64,000 nucleotides of DNA from an uncultured Acidobacteriota bacterium (GTDB lineage: Bacteria > Acidobacteriota > Terriglobia > Acidiferrales > UBA7541), in the NCBI GenBank assembly GCA_963709315.1, contig CAVPWC010000003.1, forward strand, positions 139,969 to 203,968, written 5' to 3'. Made by a program: the position numbers and the translations under genes. Shown one piece after another: positions 40,147-48,747 of the stretch. Position 1 is the stretch's first letter, and every line of letters starts with the position of its first letter. Below the pieces are notes generated by a model that had not been told where the DNA came from, searched no databases, and worked only from the letters and a program-made list of their open reading frames with translations.

Positions 40147-40193
40147 CCTTGCCAAACTAGGAGAGCATTGGGTAGACTCCTAGCTAGGCTAGG
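40147..40193. promoter_or_regulatory. two CCTAG-N5-CTAGG-like dyads, candidate PadR operators
   Basis: CCTTG-ccaaa-CTAGG (40147-40161) and CCTAG-ctagg-CTAGG (40179-40193) just upstream of padR. Confidence 0.5.
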
Positions 40194-40208
40194 GGAGGGG
40201 CATGCACT

Positions 40209-40550
40209 ATGGGCAAAAACGCCGAATTGCTTCCGGGAACGCTGGACATGTTGATTCTCAAAGCAGTGTCTTTGAAACCGCTGCACGGATATGGCGTGAT
40301 GGTGCGCATCCGGCAGATTTCCGGGGATGCGCTTGAGATTCCGCAGGGTTCTCTATATCCGGCGCTCTATAGACTGGAGCACCACGATCTGATCACCGCG
40401 GAATGGGGGCAGAGCGAGAATAACCGCCGGGCGAAATACTACACATTGACGGCCGCGGGACGCCGGCGGCTGCGCGACGAAACGGCGGGTTGGAACCGGC
40501 TCGCGACGGCGATTGCGGCGGCCCTGACGACCACGTCGGAGGAGGTGTGA
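40209..40550 (+). CDS. PadR family transcriptional regulator (acidobacterial type)
   Basis: LLPGTLDMLILK, HGYG, GSLYPALYRLE, NNRRAKYYTLT. Confidence 0.93.
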   Translation: MGKNAELLPGTLDMLILKAVSLKPLHGYGVMVRIRQISGDALEIPQGSLYPALYRLEHHDLITAEWGQSENNRRAKYYTLTAAGRRRLRDETAGWNRLATAIAAALTTTSEEV

Positions 40551-40551
40551 C

Positions 40552-43218
40552 ATGTTCAAACGCTGGCGGTCGCTCTTTCGTGTACTCTCGCGGCGGCGGG
40601 ATTTCGAAGCTGGCATGACGGAAGAGCTTCGCTTCCATATCGAGCAATATACCAATGAGCTAGTGAGCTCGGGTATGTCACCAGAAAAAGCGGCACGCGT
40701 CGCGCGAATGGAACTCGGCAGCCTCACGAATGTGAAAGGCGATTGCCGCGAGGCTTTCGGCGTTCACCTGGTTGATGAGTTTCGCAGACAGCTGAGCTAC
40801 GCCGCTCGATTGCTGCGTAAGACGCCTGGATTCACGGTTACGGCGCTTCTGACGCTCGCCGTTTGTTTTGGTGCCAATCTGACGATCTTTGCGGTAATCG
40901 ACTCGGTGCTGCTTCGTCCGCTGCCGTTTCCCGATCCCGCGCGCCTCGTGGCCATATTTAACACCTATCCGAAAGCCGGCGTGGATCGCGACGGCGCGTC
41001 GCTGACGAACTACTTTGAACGCCGCGGCCGCATACCGGCTTTCAGCTCGCTCTCTATCTATAGCTATGGCACGGAGATTATCGGCGAGCCGGGCTCGACG
41101 GAACGCGAGCAAACCATGCGAGTATCTCCGGATTTTTTCTCGACGGTTGGGCTCGGCCCTGGTATCGGACGCTCGTTCACAGACGAGGAAACTACTTCTG
41201 ACACCGATCACGTCGCGATTATTTCCGACACATTTTGGCGGCAACGATTCAATGGCGATTTCCATGTGATCGGAAAACAGGTTCGTGTAAACAGTGTTCG
41301 CAGAACTGTCATCGGCGTTTTGCCTCCAGGCTTCCGGTTTCTCTCTGCCGATGCGCGTTTGTTCTTGCCGCTTGCATCGCGCCCTGAAGATCGTTTGCCA
41401 TCGCGGCGGCATTCCGGGGGAAACGTGATCCAAATGATTGCGAGGCTTAAACCGGACTCTACCCTCGAGCAAGCGCAGTCTCAGATTGATGCGCAGAACG
41501 CGGCATTGGAAGTAGACGACCCTCAGGCCAAAATGATCGCTGATGCGGGATTCCGTTCCCTGGTGGTGCCCTTGCACGCGGACCATGTCGCGGCAATCCG
41601 TCCCACTCTGCTGTTGCTGGAAGCTGGAGTACTCGTCCTTCTTTTAATCGGCACAGTTAACCTTTTGAATTTGCTTCTCGTTCGCGCTAACGGTCGAGTG
41701 AAAGAACTCGCTATGCGGCAGGCGCTCGGTGCAAGCCGCGGATACATCGTCAGTGAAACACTGGTGGAGACCACCATGCTGACGGTGGTCGGCGGAATAC
41801 TCGGGCTCGCCGTCGGCGCCGGCGGAATCGATCTCCTGCGGATGTTGGGTGCTGACAGCCTGCCCTTGGGAGGCCGCATCACTTTCGATGCGCGATTGGC
41901 TTTAGCGGGGTTGGCCGCAGCCATTGTCTTGGGAATTGCGCTTGCCGCACCAATCGCTTGGCTCAGCCTTCGAAGCCATCTCGGTGGCGCGCTTCAGTCC
42001 ACGAGCCGGGGCGGCACAAGCGGCCGCACAGCGCAAATGATGCGCCATGGCTTCATCGTCTCTCAGATCGCCTTGGCATTCGTGCTCTTAGCCGGATCGG
42101 GTCTGCTGGCCCTCAGTCTTCAGCGCGTGATGGCTGTTTCTCCGGGCTTCCAGTCTGACCATGTGCTTACCGGGCAAATCCTGCTTCCCTGGGCAAACTA
42201 CCCGAACGCCGCTCGTCTGACATTTGTTGAAAACTTGATGGACAAAATCGGACACACGCCGGGAGTGTTGGCTGCGGGCGTGGTCGACAATGTGCCGTTC
42301 AGCGGAAAGACGGGCAAGAGCGCCGCCACCATAGAAGGACACATTGCGCGTCCGGGCGAATCGGCGCGAGGGCACTACTCATATGGAGTCGGAGGCGACT
42401 ATTTCCGCGCTATGGGCTTTTCGTTGAGGGAAGGACGGTTTCTGACGGCCGACGATTCGCGACGTACGGAGCGGGTCTGTGTTGTGGACGAAGACTTCGC
42501 GCGATACTACTGGCCAAACGCCAACGCGATTGGCCAACGATTGTGGGACGGGTCTGAAGTAGGGAAGGATGTCGATGCGTTCACTGTCGTGGGCGTGGTC
42601 GGTAGCGTGAAACAGGCAGGGCTCACGGAAGACGCAGCCCAGGGCGCGGTTTATTATCCCTATGCCTTCCGCATCGACAGCAGCTTCTTCGTGGCCGTCC
42701 GCACGAGCCTTGCGCCCGAATCACTGGGGTTGACGCTCCAAAAGGTAGTTCGGCAAGTCGACGCGGACATACCGGTGAACGATGTCCGGTCGATGGACAC
42801 GCGGATTGCGGATAGTCTTGTTGGGCGTCGTTCGCCGGCATTGCTGGCTGGTCTGTTCTCAGGGATCGCATTGTTGCTCACAGCCATCGGAACTTACGGT
42901 GTGTTGAGCTATAGCGTGGCACAGCGCCGCCGCGAGATTGGTGTGCGCATGGCGCTGGGTGCGCAACCGCGCCAAATTCGCGGCCAATTTCTTTCTCTCT
43001 CGCTTCGTCTGATGGCCAGCGGAACGGTGTTGGGTTTGCTTGGAGCCTGGCAGGCGGGGCGAGCCATGCGGACGGTGCTATATCGAGTACCTCCCTTGGA
43101 TCTCTCGATCCTTGGCGGCACTGCTTGTGTGACGGCGCTCGTGTGCTTGGCCGCGTGCCTGCTGCCCTTGCAACGCGCGGCGCGCATATCCCCAATGGAG
43201 GCTCTCACCGAAGAGTAG
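40552..43218 (+). CDS. duplicated MacB/FtsX-type ABC permease without ATPase (ADOP family)
   Basis: EELRFHIE N-terminus, RKTPGFT..ALLTLA...GANLTIF, two FtsX repeats (R..ELAMRQALGASR; RRREIGVRMALGA), P..RAARI.PM.AL. Confidence 0.92.
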   Translation: MFKRWRSLFRVLSRRRDFEAGMTEELRFHIEQYTNELVSSGMSPEKAARVARMELGSLTNVKGDCREAFGVHLVDEFRRQLSYAARLLRKTPGFTVTALLTLAVCFGANLTIFAVIDSVLLRPLPFPDPARLVAIFNTYPKAGVDRDGASLTNYFERRGRIPAFSSLSIYSYGTEIIGEPGSTEREQTMRVSPDFFSTVGLGPGIGRSFTDEETTSDTDHVAIISDTFWRQRFNGDFHVIGKQVRVNSVRRTVIGVLPPGFRFLSADARLFLPLASRPEDRLPSRRHSGGNVIQMIARLKPDSTLEQAQSQIDAQNAALEVDDPQAKMIADAGFRSLVVPLHADHVAAIRPTLLLLEAGVLVLLLIGTVNLLNLLLVRANGRVKELAMRQALGASRGYIVSETLVETTMLTVVGGILGLAVGAGGIDLLRMLGADSLPLGGRITFDARLALAGLAAAIVLGIALAAPIAWLSLRSHLGGALQSTSRGGTSGRTAQMMRHGFIVSQIALAFVLLAGSGLLALSLQRVMAVSPGFQSDHVLTGQILLPWANYPNAARLTFVENLMDKIGHTPGVLAAGVVDNVPFSGKTGKSAATIEGHIARPGESARGHYSYGVGGDYFRAMGFSLREGRFLTADDSRRTERVCVVDEDFARYYWPNANAIGQRLWDGSEVGKDVDAFTVVGVVGSVKQAGLTEDAAQGAVYYPYAFRIDSSFFVAVRTSLAPESLGLTLQKVVRQVDADIPVNDVRSMDTRIADSLVGRRSPALLAGLFSGIALLLTAIGTYGVLSYSVAQRRREIGVRMALGAQPRQIRGQFLSLSLRLMASGTVLGLLGAWQAGRAMRTVLYRVPPLDLSILGGTACVTALVCLAACLLPLQRAARISPMEALTEE

Positions 43219-43431
43219 AGGGGCCTGGCGTCGAGGTGATGTTTTTCGAGTTAGAGATCGAAAATCGTGGGCAGGTTGCGGAGAAAGACGAGGCCTAGTT
43301 GGGTGGAAACCTACTGGTTCACGTTGGTTTCGCAGATCAAGAGTTATCTGATATGAAGGGGAAGTTAGCATCGTCATGGGAACCGGCGCGTCTTGAATAT
43401 GACCGATTTTTAGCCGATCAAGGGAGAGTCA

Positions 43432-44259
43432 GTGGAAACAGAGGGAAACCTGGCCGCGAAGGTTAGCGACGCATCGGTGCAGACGAAGGACGACGTATTG
43501 ACGGTTGTTGGCATTAGCTTTGTGGCGCAGGTTGTCGCCGATGTGTTGCATGAAGGGTTGGGGCACGCGGCGGTGGCTTTGATCACCGGTACAAGAACGG
43601 GTGTTTTGTCGACTGTCGCGTGGTCCAGCGCGGTCGACTCGCGACTGGTCGCGGCGGGAGGAACGCTGGCGAACTTGGCAGCCGGTTTGGTTTTTTGGAT
43701 TGCGCTGCGCCGCGCGAAAAGTGGATCGGTTCGATTGCGTTTTTTTCTGCTGACTTGTGTTGCGTTCAACCTTTTTGCTGGTACTGGGTATTTTTTCTTC
43801 TCTGGCGTGACGAATTTCGGCGACTTGGCAGTCGTCATACATGGGTTGCCGGCTCATTGGTTGTGGCGATCGCTGCTCGTGGTCGTCGGGATAGCTTCGT
43901 ACTACGGCGTCGTATTGGTTGTGGGCACGGGGCTGGTTCGGTATGTGGGAGTTCCGAGGAACGACCAGCGGCGGCTGCGGAAACTCACATACATTCCTTA
44001 CTTCTCGTCGGTGGTGCTTTTGAGTCTGGCGGGGCTCCTGAATCCGATTGGAATCCAGCTGATGTGGCAATCCGCTCTGCCGGGAGCGGCGGGCGCGCAC
44101 TCAGGGCTGCTGTGGCTGATGTATTACGTTCCGAGAGGGACCGTTCCTGAGCGGGGATCGGAGAGCATTGGCAGGAATTATGCGTGGATCCTCTGGGCTG
44201 TGGGGTTGTCGCTTGTTTTTATTTTCGTGATGGGGCGTGGGATTACGCTGCATTTGTAG
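43432..44259 (+). CDS. polytopic membrane protein, M50-like zinc peptidase candidate
   Basis: HEGLGH in the first TM helix, VAAGGTLANL, later FGD; about 7 TM segments. Confidence 0.6.
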   Translation: METEGNLAAKVSDASVQTKDDVLTVVGISFVAQVVADVLHEGLGHAAVALITGTRTGVLSTVAWSSAVDSRLVAAGGTLANLAAGLVFWIALRRAKSGSVRLRFFLLTCVAFNLFAGTGYFFFSGVTNFGDLAVVIHGLPAHWLWRSLLVVVGIASYYGVVLVVGTGLVRYVGVPRNDQRRLRKLTYIPYFSSVVLLSLAGLLNPIGIQLMWQSALPGAAGAHSGLLWLMYYVPRGTVPERGSESIGRNYAWILWAVGLSLVFIFVMGRGITLHL

Positions 44260-44322
44260 GCTCCACGCACTTCAATTGCATTCTGTGTAGGGGAGAAGTG
44301 GCTGTGCGTCTAGAAAAAGACG

Positions 44323-44411
44323 AAGAGAGATTTCTCTCTGCGCGCAGGCCGACACGTTGGCAGGAGCAAACGTGAAAGAAAAGGCGTTGGCCGGCTCCGT
44401 TCGAAATGACA
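44323..44411. repeat. about 90-bp nested-hairpin interspersed element
   Basis: AAGAGAGATTTCTCTCT...AGGCCGAC-ACGTTGGC-AGGA-GCAAACGT...GTTGGCCGG...TCGAAATGACA; single copy in the window. Confidence 0.4.
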
Positions 44412-44578
44412 GGGGGACGGGGCGGAGCGGATTGAGACGGCGGTTTGCGGGGGCCTGCTTTCCAGTTACGCGGTGAGGACCAACGAATGATTCAACGGTG
44501 GCGGGCTCAATGCAAAGTGAGGCTAAAGCAAAAGGGAAACACCACCGACCGAGCATGACTATCCTGGGATGACCATCG

Positions 44579-44932
44579 TCACTCAAGCAGTGGACCAGCG
44601 GCGACCTTCACCAAATCGAGTTCATAGTACAGCAACTGCACACCAATTCCTGAAAGTCCTTGAGGCATATTTTTCGGTTCGATGTGGGCGACTCTGCCTG
44701 CGAATCGCCGAATGCCTGCTTTCACTCCGGTGACACGCTTGGGCATTCTTAGCAGAACTTCCACGGCCTCGCCAACACAGAGGATAACGTTCGTGGTGAA
44801 GTAAACGCCCCTGGTGGAGATATTAATGGCTTTGGCTTGATGCACGCCTTCGGATGGCGTCTCCATCCGATGAAAGGACAGAGGAGTATTTAGCTTGAAG
44901 CGTGGAGTGATGCGATGCTCGTTCGCGGCCAT
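44579..44932 (-). CDS. PilZ domain-containing protein
   Basis: R.TPRF, NISTRGVYF, GRVAH, GIGVQL; AAGGAG SD. Confidence 0.85.
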   Translation of the reverse strand: MAANEHRITPRFKLNTPLSFHRMETPSEGVHQAKAINISTRGVYFTTNVILCVGEAVEVLLRMPKRVTGVKAGIRRFAGRVAHIEPKNMPQGLSGIGVQLLYYELDLVKVAAGPLLE

Positions 44933-45199
44933 GCCTTCTCCTTGATTTCGCCTGAGAAGGGTATGGCAGGCAGCGTCAACCCAATTGACGGGGATAAACC
45001 TTGACACAGGTGTGCGGGCAGAACTGTCCAAAAGAGGACAGTTTGACGAACGTTAAGATTCTCCAATGATTGGAAGACGAACGAATCGGGGAACTAGAAC
45101 CTTTTCGGGAAATTCCTCGCTATTTAGGTTCTGACAAACGACGTGAAGAGAGACTGAGTGGCCAGTCGAGGGCATTGAACAGTGTGGTTTCGGGACGGG

Positions 45200-46612
45200 C
45201 TAGAGGGTTTTGGAGAAGAGAGGCTTGGCGTTGAGGTGCTGTTTTTCGAGGTAGGGGTCGAAGAGCATGGCTGCGTTGCGGATAAAGATGCGGCCTAGGG
45301 GGGTGGAGCGGATTTCGTTGGGGGAGAGGAGGATCAGGCCGTCTTCGCGGAAGGGTTCGAGGCGGCGGAGTTCTTCGGCGAAATACTGATCGAAATCGAT
45401 TCCGAATTCCTTTGAGATTTCATCCTTCAAGACAATGGTGTGGCAGAGAAGGCGGCTGATGACCGTGCGGCGGAGACGGTCATCATCGGAGAGGTGGTAG
45501 CCACGCATGGTGGCGATGCCGCGTTCGTTGACGGCTTTTTCCCAGGTGGGGATGTCGCGATGATTCTGGGCGTAGGCGTTTTGGATGCCGGAGATGGCGG
45601 TGATGCCCATGCCATAGAGGTCGGCGCCGGATTTGGTGGTGTAGCCCTGAAAATTGCGGTGGAGAGTGCGATTTTGCTGTGCGGTGGCTAGTTCGTCGCC
45701 GGGTTTGGCGAAGTGGTCCATGCCGATGTAGAGGTAGCCGGCTTCCAGAAATTTGATGAGGCCGGTGCGGAAGATTTCGAATTTTTGCATGCCTTCGGGG
45801 AGATGGCCTTCGAAAGAGTTTTGCTGTTTTTTGAGCCAGGGGACATGGGCGTAGCTGAAGAGGGCGATGCGGTCGGGAGTGAGCGAGAGGATTTGTTCGA
45901 CGGTGTGGGCGAAGGTTTCGGCGGTTTGGTAGGGAAGACCGTATATGAGGTCGACGTTGACGGAGTCGAAGCCGAGGTCGCGGGCGGATTGGATCAGCGC
46001 GGCGGTAAGTTCGTAGGGTTGGACGCGATTGATTGTTTTTTGGACTAGCGGGTGGAAATCCTGGATTCCCATGCTTAGGCGATTGAAGCCCAGTTTGCGG
46101 AGGGTTTCGAGATGCTCTCGGCTGGTGACGCGGGGGTCGACTTCGATGCCGATTTCAGCGTCGGGCGCGAAGGTGAAGTGGTTGTGTGTGAAGCCGAAGA
46201 GATCTTCGATTTGCGGAGGAGTGAGATAGGTGGGAGTGCCGCCGCCCCAGTGGAATTGGACGACTGGGCGATCTTTGGAGACGGCCCGGCTGACGCTGGT
46301 GATTTCCCGTTTAAGGATTTCCAGATAAGGGAGCGAGACGCGCTTGTCTTTTTGGATGATTACGTTGCAGGCGCAGAAGAGGCAGAGACTTTCGCAGAAG
46401 GGGATGTGCATGTAGAGCGAGAGGGGGGATTTGGCGGCGTCCGCTTGCTCGTGGACTTTTTCGAGGTCGGCGGGGCCGAAGGTGTCGTTCCAGACGGGGG
46501 CGGTGGGGTAGCTGGTGTAGCGAGGGCCGGGACGGTTGTAGCGGGCTAGGAAGGCTTCGCTGACCCGGAGTTCCTCGCGCATCGTTTGCAGTGTGGGATG
46601 AGCGAAGGTCAT
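45200..46612 (-). CDS. hemN: oxygen-independent coproporphyrinogen III oxidase (radical SAM)
   Basis: GPRYTSYPTA, HIPFCESLCLFCAC, HWGGGTPT, GMDHF, HRNFQGY; ATGA overlap with hemE. Confidence 0.97.
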   Translation of the reverse strand: MTFAHPTLQTMREELRVSEAFLARYNRPGPRYTSYPTAPVWNDTFGPADLEKVHEQADAAKSPLSLYMHIPFCESLCLFCACNVIIQKDKRVSLPYLEILKREITSVSRAVSKDRPVVQFHWGGGTPTYLTPPQIEDLFGFTHNHFTFAPDAEIGIEVDPRVTSREHLETLRKLGFNRLSMGIQDFHPLVQKTINRVQPYELTAALIQSARDLGFDSVNVDLIYGLPYQTAETFAHTVEQILSLTPDRIALFSYAHVPWLKKQQNSFEGHLPEGMQKFEIFRTGLIKFLEAGYLYIGMDHFAKPGDELATAQQNRTLHRNFQGYTTKSGADLYGMGITAISGIQNAYAQNHRDIPTWEKAVNERGIATMRGYHLSDDDRLRRTVISRLLCHTIVLKDEISKEFGIDFDQYFAEELRRLEPFREDGLILLSPNEIRSTPLGRIFIRNAAMLFDPYLEKQHLNAKPLFSKTL

Positions 46613-47718
46613 GAGGCGCTTCCGTGGCCGGCGCGCGCGGGTGGGGTAAGCCCCGCCCCTACAGCTTCTTGTTGCAGAGGTTGTTGGCCGGTTTGGATGA
46701 ACAGTTGGGCGTTCTCGACTGGAGTGTGTTGAAGGATGCCGTGGCCTAAGTTGAGGATGTGGCCGATGCCGCCGAGAGCTGCCACGGCCTCTTGGGTGGC
46801 GCGACAAATTTGGTCGGGCGGGGCGAAAAGGACGGCGGGGTCTACGTTCCCTTGGATGGCGATTTTTGGGCCGAGTTTCTCGCGGAGGGCGCGCATGTCG
46901 ACGCGCCAGTCAACGCTGAGGACATTTGCGCCTGAGCGGGCTACGGCGGGGAGTAAGTGGTGGGAGGCTTTGGTGTAATAGATGACGGGAGTTTGTGGGG
47001 CTGCGGAGGCGAGGGCGGAAATGATCTCTTGGACGGCGGGAAGCGCGAAGGCTTCAAAGTCGGGGAGGGCGAGTTCGCCACACCAAGTGTCGAAGAGTTG
47101 GATGGCGGCGGCACCCGCGGCGATTTGCGCTTTCAGATATGGGATTGTGGCTTGCGCAATGCGATGGAGGAGACTGCGGAAGGTCGAGGGTTCACTGAGG
47201 AGGAAGCTTTTGACGGTGGGGAAGCCTTCTTTGGCGCGGCCTTCGACCATATAGCAGGCTAGAGTCCAGGGAGCGGCGGCGAAGCCAAGGACGGGGACTG
47301 TGGGGCCGACTTCGCGAGCAATGCGACGAATGGCTTCGGGGAGGAAGGCGGTTTCGATTTCGGGATCAAAGAGTTTGAGTTTTTCGACGTCGCGTTTGGA
47401 GCGAACTGGTTCGGGGAGATTGGGGCCAGCATCGCCTAGCTTAAGCTTGAGACCCATGGCTTCGGCGGGGATAAGAATGTCCGAGAAGACGATGACGGCA
47501 TCGACGCCGAGCAAGCGAAAGGGCTGAAGAGAGACTTCGACGGCTAGATCCGGGGTTTTACAAACTTCGAGGAAGGCGTGATTTGCGCGAATGGCGCGAT
47601 ACTCGGGGAGATAGCGGCCTGCCTGCCGCATCATCCAGACAGGGAGGCGCGAGAGCGTTTCGCCGCGGCACGCGCGGAGGAATAAGTCTTTACGATTGAG
47701 AGGGGCGGAAGTGGTCAT
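46609..47718 (-). CDS. hemE: uroporphyrinogen decarboxylase
   Basis: PVWMMRQAGRYLPEY, FSDIL, IQLFDTW, QGNVDP, NLGHGI. Confidence 0.97.
   Translation of the reverse strand: MTTSAPLNRKDLFLRACRGETLSRLPVWMMRQAGRYLPEYRAIRANHAFLEVCKTPDLAVEVSLQPFRLLGVDAVIVFSDILIPAEAMGLKLKLGDAGPNLPEPVRSKRDVEKLKLFDPEIETAFLPEAIRRIAREVGPTVPVLGFAAAPWTLACYMVEGRAKEGFPTVKSFLLSEPSTFRSLLHRIAQATIPYLKAQIAAGAAAIQLFDTWCGELALPDFEAFALPAVQEIISALASAAPQTPVIYYTKASHHLLPAVARSGANVLSVDWRVDMRALREKLGPKIAIQGNVDPAVLFAPPDQICRATQEAVAALGGIGHILNLGHGILQHTPVENAQLFIQTGQQPLQQEAVGAGLTPPARAGHGSAS
46639..46662 (-). repeat. GTAG-type REP-like palindrome inside the 3' end of hemE
   Basis: Minus strand GTAG-GGGCGGGG-CTTA-CCCCACCC, translated as VGAGLTPP. 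Confidence 0.65.
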
Positions 47719-47734
47719 GTGGCGCCTAACGATG

Positions 47735-47763
47735 AGGATAGCAAATCCAGTGGATGATTGCAG
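47735..47763 (-). promoter_or_regulatory. possible hemE promoter
   Basis: Minus strand CTGCAA-N17-TATCCT with an extended TG; 16 nt to the ATG. Confidence 0.35.
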
Positions 47764-47897
47764 AAGCAGGGGAAGCGGTTAGCGGGCGCCAAGTGGCTGG
47801 GCTATACTCGGGGTACCGGGCATGAAACTAAGTTCAAGATGGGAGCTGGTGTGATTGACGGACTGGCAGGCCCGAGTACGTTAAGATCGCAGAGCTA

Positions 47898-48710
47898 ATG
47901 GAACATCTGTTCTTCATATTAACGATTATTGCGTACGCCGGAAGTCTTGCCTGCTATCTGCATTTCCTGACCTCGGGCAAAGAGATTTCGGGGCGGCTGG
48001 GGTCTTTGTTCCTCGGGCTGGGACTCATCGCCCACTACGTTGCGCTTTTGGAGCGCTCCCGTGGATTGCATATCGTTCCTTATCACGATCTTTACGGATC
48101 GATGTCGCTGTTTGGATGGCTACTTGCGCTGACGTATCTTGGCTTGGAACTTTTTCACCGCCAACGCTCGGTGGGGGCGTTTGTTGTGCCGTTCATTCTG
48201 GTGTTTTTTGTTATGGCGCAGTTGGCGCCTGCGGATCGGTTGTCCCCGACGCCTGCTCACGGTGTTGCGTTTGCGTTTCATGTGACGCTGAGCATTTTGG
48301 CGTATGCGGCGTTCGCACTTTCGTTCGTCTTTAGCTTGATTTTTCTGGGCGAGGAACGCCATTTGCGAAGCCATAAGATGGGGAGCGTGGTCTGGAGACT
48401 GCCGCCCCTGGAACTTCTCGAACGCATGAGCCGGTCGAGCGTGTTGGTGGGATTGGTGTCGATTGCGATTGGGACGGCGCTTGGATTCGTGTGGGTCGAT
48501 CGGTTGCACGGAGGCTTCTGGTACTACGATCCCAAATACGTGATCACGCTGCTGGTCCTGCTTCTCTATGTGGTTTATTTCCAGCTGGCGAGGACCGCGT
48601 CTTGGCGCGGCGCGCGGGCATCGAAGCTTTGTATATTTAATTTTTTCGTGGTGGTGATGAGTTTTACGGTGGTGAATTTGTATTTGTCGCAGAATCACCG
48701 GTATTTCTAG
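47898..48710 (+). CDS. ccsA: CcsA/HemX-like cytochrome c assembly family membrane protein
   Basis: About 8 TM segments, FHVTLSILAY, GFVW...WYYDPKY, NLYLSQNHRY; first gene of the hemA operon. Confidence 0.8.
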   Translation: MEHLFFILTIIAYAGSLACYLHFLTSGKEISGRLGSLFLGLGLIAHYVALLERSRGLHIVPYHDLYGSMSLFGWLLALTYLGLELFHRQRSVGAFVVPFILVFFVMAQLAPADRLSPTPAHGVAFAFHVTLSILAYAAFALSFVFSLIFLGEERHLRSHKMGSVVWRLPPLELLERMSRSSVLVGLVSIAIGTALGFVWVDRLHGGFWYYDPKYVITLLVLLLYVVYFQLARTASWRGARASKLCIFNFFVVVMSFTVVNLYLSQNHRYF

Positions 48711-48747
48711 GAAGAAAGTGATTAGTGGTTAGTGAGCAGGGAGCGGG

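Noticed and set aside
39921-40286. Long N-terminal extension of hemG in the ORF track (similar extensions for hemN to 46807, TPR to 36869, thioesterase from 36099, GH from 23067, ATPase to 34308)
   Set aside because: The extensions cross intergenic repeats or neighbouring genes and lack homology-like sequence; downstream ATGs fit family N-termini better
44933-45199. c-di-GMP riboswitch upstream of the PilZ gene
   Set aside because: No GCAAAC/GACGCAAAG-type core on the minus strand
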